DNA of 64,000 nucleotides from Candidatus Hydrogenedens terephthalaticus JGI OTU-1 (GTDB lineage Bacteria; Hydrogenedentota; Hydrogenedentia; Hydrogenedentales; Hydrogenedentaceae): NCBI GenBank assembly GCA_000493945.1, contig AWNW01000001.1, positions 51,055 to 115,054 of the forward strand, read 5' to 3'. Shown piece by piece: positions 62,223 to 64,000 of this stretch (position 1 is its first letter; each line of letters starts with the position of its first letter). The notes under the pieces were generated by a model. It saw only the letters and a program-made list of their open reading frames with translations, ran no database searches and was not told where the DNA came from. The position numbers and the translations under genes were made by a program.

Positions 62223-63923
62223 CTATTCAAATTTCAGTTTAAAGTTTCTCCCGGAAACAATAGTATCATCAACCACAATAGGTCCATTTTCTGGAACTAT
62301 AAATGGCATTTTGATGACATTTGAGATGTCTTTTTCTATATCCACTCCCGGCATAACCCAGCGTAACTCCATCCCTTTTTCTGTTAAGGCAAACGCTCCG
62401 ATATGGGTTATATAAAACACCTCTTTACCTGCTTTTAGAGCCTCTTGTCCGTTGAATGTGATTTCACTTACTTTTTCAATAAATTTAGGTTGCCCCGCTT
62501 TTAACACTTTTACTTTTCCATCTTCTACTTTTATTTCCGACTGATTTCCCCATGCTACACAGAAGAATACCTTTTTAGCGGCTGTAGTCAGATCAATAAA
62601 CCCCCCGGGACCTACATAATTAATGGCACCTTCTCCTCGTTTAGAGACATTTACATTTCCGTTACCATCTACTTCCAGAGCACCTAAAATCACACTATCC
62701 AATCTTCTATAAATTCTTTGAAATACAGTAGCAGAAGAAACAATTTCAGTAGGGTTAATTGCCGCACCGAAGAATATTCCGGGTGCTGGCAAACCACCCA
62801 TAACTCCACTTTCTGTCATCAGGGTTATATCATTCAAAGCCCCACTTTCGTAAAGAAGACGGGAAGCCTCTTCGGGAAGTCCAACACCAATATCTACATA
62901 GTCGCCCTTTTTAGAATTTTGAACAAATATTTTTGCTGCGAGTCGGGCTAATACTTCGTCCGCAGTAGTTCTACGGGGAGTAATCCCCAATACTTTATTT
63001 ATAAAACGAACCCTTGCGATACCTTCATCTATCGGTGTTTTGCTATTTAATGTCAGAAAATCCCAATAATGAATATGTTTTACTCCTCCTGTTTGTTCTG
63101 TCCCTCTCCAAACTACAATGGCATCAATATCTGAAGCAGGCAGGAATATCTCATCGTGTCCCTTATCCACAATTTGAGCCACATTCGCAATAACAATTCC
63201 CCCACGCTTTTTTACCGCTTTGGTTATTTCGTAACTTTCGCCAATCATTACAGCATTTTTTTGATAGATGTTACCCTCTTTATCTGCGGAGGGGGCGTTA
63301 AAGATGGCAACATCTGGCCAGGGGCATTCATATTTAAAGTATTCGTTATCTATTATTGACACATATTGTGGTTTATTCCCGTTAAGTAAAGGTGTTCCTC
63401 TACCTGTTCGTGGGTCTATGAAAGTTCCTGCACCTGTTTTGTTAATGACAAAGTTTTTGCCTTCTTCTCCCATGGCTTTTAATATTAATGTAAGGGTTCC
63501 TTGAGGGATAATCTGGATTTCACAATGACCCTGGTCAGCTAATTTCAAAATAGATTTGTATGTTTCCGTATGTCCTGTGAAAATGCGTGTACAAAGCCCA
63601 GGCAAACCTAATTCTTCTAATGTTCCAGGTATTTTACCTCTTCCTCCCTGTCCACCTACACTGACAATAGTTAAATTGCAGGGATGCCCGGTTTCTTGAA
63701 ACATTTCTTTAATTGTCCACCACATAAAAGAGGCTCTCATATTTCCTGCAAGCCCTGAAGTAGCAATAACAGAGCCGTCTTTAATCATACCGACTGCTTC
63801 GCGGGCACCCATGAATTTTGGGTTTCCAGGGACACGGACTGCTTTTTTTGTGTTTCTCCAATCCCAGGTGGCTCTCCATTTAGCAATGTGGTAAAGCAAT
63901 TGAATTTTCGTTAATGTATTCAT
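62223..63923 (-). CDS. fused-subunit family I CoA-transferase (YdiF-like acyl-CoA:acetate / 3-oxoacid CoA-transferase)
   Basis: Colinear similarity to E. coli YdiF: IPQGTL, the glutamate-site region LMTESGVMGG, GPGGFIDLTTAAKKVFFC, and EITFNGQEALKAG. Confidence 0.75.
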   Translation of the reverse strand: MNTLTKIQLLYHIAKWRATWDWRNTKKAVRVPGNPKFMGAREAVGMIKDGSVIATSGLAGNMRASFMWWTIKEMFQETGHPCNLTIVSVGGQGGRGKIPGTLEELGLPGLCTRIFTGHTETYKSILKLADQGHCEIQIIPQGTLTLILKAMGEEGKNFVINKTGAGTFIDPRTGRGTPLLNGNKPQYVSIIDNEYFKYECPWPDVAIFNAPSADKEGNIYQKNAVMIGESYEITKAVKKRGGIVIANVAQIVDKGHDEIFLPASDIDAIVVWRGTEQTGGVKHIHYWDFLTLNSKTPIDEGIARVRFINKVLGITPRRTTADEVLARLAAKIFVQNSKKGDYVDIGVGLPEEASRLLYESGALNDITLMTESGVMGGLPAPGIFFGAAINPTEIVSSATVFQRIYRRLDSVILGALEVDGNGNVNVSKRGEGAINYVGPGGFIDLTTAAKKVFFCVAWGNQSEIKVEDGKVKVLKAGQPKFIEKVSEITFNGQEALKAGKEVFYITHIGAFALTEKGMELRWVMPGVDIEKDISNVIKMPFIVPENGPIVVDDTIVSGRNFKLKFE

Positions 63924-64000
63924 AACCGCCGAACCTTTAATTTTTTGTTTGAATTAATGTTATTTTTGATATATGCTTTTATAATTTCGTGTAGAAATTA

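Overview
This 64-kb window has about 40% GC and appears to come from a PVC-superphylum-like bacterium (Planctomycetes, Verrucomicrobia, Lentisphaerae or a related candidate phylum). The evidence is a DUF1559 / prepilin-type N-terminal methylation (H-X9-DG family) protein at the left edge, a Chlamydia-Pmp-like GGAI/FxxN beta-helix protein, and Tat/Sec-secreted glycoside hydrolases. The housekeeping backbone is recF, a DUF721 gene, gyrA, gyrB, rsgA, an Rrf2-family regulator, hcp, Fe/Mn superoxide dismutase, a NUDIX–pncB–nadE NAD-salvage cluster, nagB, aspC, ubiB, ispE, an HD-GYP response regulator and a YdiF-like CoA-transferase. The most interesting feature is a roughly 7-kb island at the 3' end of tRNA-Val(GAC), bounded by a perfect 29-bp direct repeat of the tRNA 3' end plus flank and located next to gyrB. 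It carries a co-directional four-gene operon: an HsdR-like nuclease-helicase, a Fic/DOC protein, an HsdM-like N6-adenine methyltransferase and a small GIY-YIG nuclease. There is no HsdS specificity gene and no integrase, and the methyltransferase reading frame runs into a tandem array of nine 36-bp (12-aa) repeats. Other features worth a second look: two tandem paralogous genes for 35- and 40-aa leaderless amphipathic peptides (PSM / delta-lysin / leaderless-bacteriocin-like) with strong ribosome-binding sites; a ~130-bp intergenic sequence present twice, bracketing a segment that includes an AT-rich two-gene block of unknown function; an 803-aa secreted protein carrying a ~768-bp in-frame tandem duplication and (E-G-E-G)-type linkers, followed by an adjacent dockerin-like/PKD/Pmp-like beta-helix protein; a MITE-like 113-bp palindromic element with 10-bp flanking direct repeats between recF/DUF721 and gyrA; perfect palindromes in the fic–hsdM gap and upstream of hcp; and a tRNA-Val that by hand-folding has an 8-nt anticodon loop. 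No CRISPR array, rRNA gene or recognisable transposase/integrase gene was seen.
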